Positions 62,850 through 64,000 of a stretch of 64,000 nt of DNA are shown here, in pieces. Origin of the DNA: Candidatus Latescibacterota bacterium (GTDB lineage: Bacteria; Latescibacterota; UBA2968). The translations under genes and the position numbers were made by a program. Below the pieces are notes generated by a model that was given only the letters and a program-made list of their open reading frames with translations, was not told the DNA's origin and did no database searches. Within the stretch, counting starts at the first letter, position 1, and every line of letters begins with the position of its first letter. The stretch covers positions 1,888,001 to 1,952,000 of the forward strand of contig OZ241986.1 in the NCBI GenBank assembly GCA_965204375.1. Direction: 5' to 3'.

Positions 62850-63251
62850 TAACTGACTCAGAAACATCTGCGGTGTCATAATCTGAATACCGCGAAACGG
62901 ATGAAGAATAAGCAGATCATTGTCTCCACTGATAAGGTGTGTAGCCCCACCACTAACAGCCAATTCCAGAAATTTGTTATCCTTCGGATCTCGACATTCG
63001 AGTACAATCTCTGTCACTCGAATCCATTCAGCTTTTCCGATCAGTGTCGCGAGAAATTCTAAACGCTGGACTTCCTTTACATATCTTTCAAAGCGCTGGC
63101 GGCGCAGTACTTCATTGAGTTCGTCAACAGTTGCCTCAGAAATTAATACTTTTCCCTCATCTTGAGCACGATCAAAAGCTCGCCGTGGGACAGAATGGGG
63201 CAAAAGCACAGCACTGACGATTACGCTCGTATCGAAAACGGCCCGTATCAC
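62808..63251 (-). CDS. PIN-family putative toxin, C-terminus altered by the IS
   Basis: 'VFDTSVIVSA', 'CRDPKDNKFLELA', 'ISGDNDLL'. Confidence 0.9.
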   Translation of the reverse strand: MIRAVFDTSVIVSAVLLPHSVPRRAFDRAQDEGKVLISEATVDELNEVLRRQRFERYVKEVQRLEFLATLIGKAEWIRVTEIVLECRDPKDNKFLELAVSGGATHLISGDNDLLILHPFRGIQIMTPQMFLSQLEAVLKLWRNKKKS

Positions 63252-63466
63252 ACATCCTCCAACAAAGACGCCAAACGTTCCGGAGTCAATCCACGAGCCT
63301 GCGCCTGTTGTCCAATTTCATCCATCACAGCTTTCAAAGATCGCCGAGGACTGAGCGTGAGGTCCTGGAGACAAAGGCGCAAAAGGTATTGCTCTTGAGG
63401 TGACATCTCAGCATAAGCTTTTGCGACTTCTTCATCAACCTGGATCGAGATTGTTGCCATAGCCAT
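63248..63466 (-). CDS. Putative antitoxin
   Basis: 'ISIQVDEEVAKAY...AQARGLTPERL'; 4-bp overlap with PIN gene; GGAGG RBS. Confidence 0.8.
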   Translation of the reverse strand: MAMATISIQVDEEVAKAYAEMSPQEQYLLRLCLQDLTLSPRRSLKAVMDEIGQQAQARGLTPERLASLLEDV

Positions 63467-63579
63467 ATCAATATCCTCCTGAAATCCACCATTTCTAAGA
63501 AAGTCATTATTTAGTATATATTATAGCACAACGCGAAATTCTGTCCATCTCGTTCATCCATATCGACAAGGAGCGCGCA

Positions 63580-63774
63580 TTGAAATCTCTAGCAGAAGAA
63601 CGTTTGCGAAATCCTCCGCCAGATAGTGCCATTGCACGAGCACGCGATTTTGGCATAGATCTCACACTGCTCATTGAACGATTGCAATTGACACCTGAAG
63701 AACGTGTATTCCGCCTGCAACAAGAGATGATGGCCTTTGATCAAATACGCGGCAAAGCAAAAAAAGTGGATTAG
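63580..63774 (+). CDS. Small hypothetical protein (antitoxin-like)
   Basis: AAGGAG RBS; 'GIDLTLLIERLQLTPEERV' motif. Confidence 0.6.
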   Translation: MKSLAEERLRNPPPDSAIARARDFGIDLTLLIERLQLTPEERVFRLQQEMMAFDQIRGKAKKVD

Positions 63775-64000
63775 GGATTCGCTTGCCTGTATGACTCATA
63801 AGCCGATCGCACGACCTCCCCAGATAGCTTGCCCCTGATGTCATAATTGCGCCGACCTGCCCAGTATTCAGCCCAATGTTCATCACTGGCCATCCAATTA
63901 TTCCAATAGAAGACACCATTTACTATTTCAGGATACTGAGCCATGGTATTGATCAACGCCTGGTAGATGTTGGCCTGGGTTTCTCGTCCGTCATCCAGCC
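63771..64000 (-). CDS. C-terminal part of a protein, possibly glycoside hydrolase-like (5' truncated)
   Basis: Frame open to window edge; 'TQANIYQAL...GVFYW...RGKLSGEVV' resembles GH113-like C-termini. Confidence 0.5.
   Translation of the reverse strand, partial: LDDGRETQANIYQALINTMAQYPEIVNGVFYWNNWMASDEHWAEYWAGRRNYDIRGKLSGEVVRSAYESYRQANP

Overview
Bacterial chromosomal window. The GWxTD protein, cohesin/dockerin-like exported protein, Bat operon, sulfatase and many small TA modules suggest an FCB-group lineage such as Latescibacterota/Gemmatimonadota; this taxonomy is inference only. About 29 kb (6.8-36.0 kb, minus strand) is one contiguous ribosomal/RNAP supercluster: 4 tRNAs-secE-nusG-rplKAJL-rpoBC-rpsLG-fusA-tuf-S10-spc-alpha, with no adk, map, infA or rpmG. 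The left flank holds a GWxTD protein, vapBC, galK, a single-ORF galE-galT fusion and greA with a leader terminator. The right flank holds a sugar epimerase, thrC, a cystathionine gamma-synthase-type gene under a SAM-II riboswitch, several TA modules and a cohesin/EF-hand protein. It also carries a three-gene island (XRE-HTH protein, DUF4258-like protein, sacsin-type ATPase with a C-terminal nuclease), a bat operon, gldG/DUF4340, acetate kinase, an MFS, a sulfatase and a complete IS5-family element. The best leads are the candidate three-gene defence island, the SAM-II aptamer wired to a terminator/antiterminator, the GalE-GalT fusion, an uncharacterised toxin/immunity-like pair, a decayed chimeric TA locus, a TAnnTT -10 promoter consensus and a Gly92Ser change in S12. 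No rRNA or CRISPR array was seen. All family assignments come from motif recognition, not database searches.
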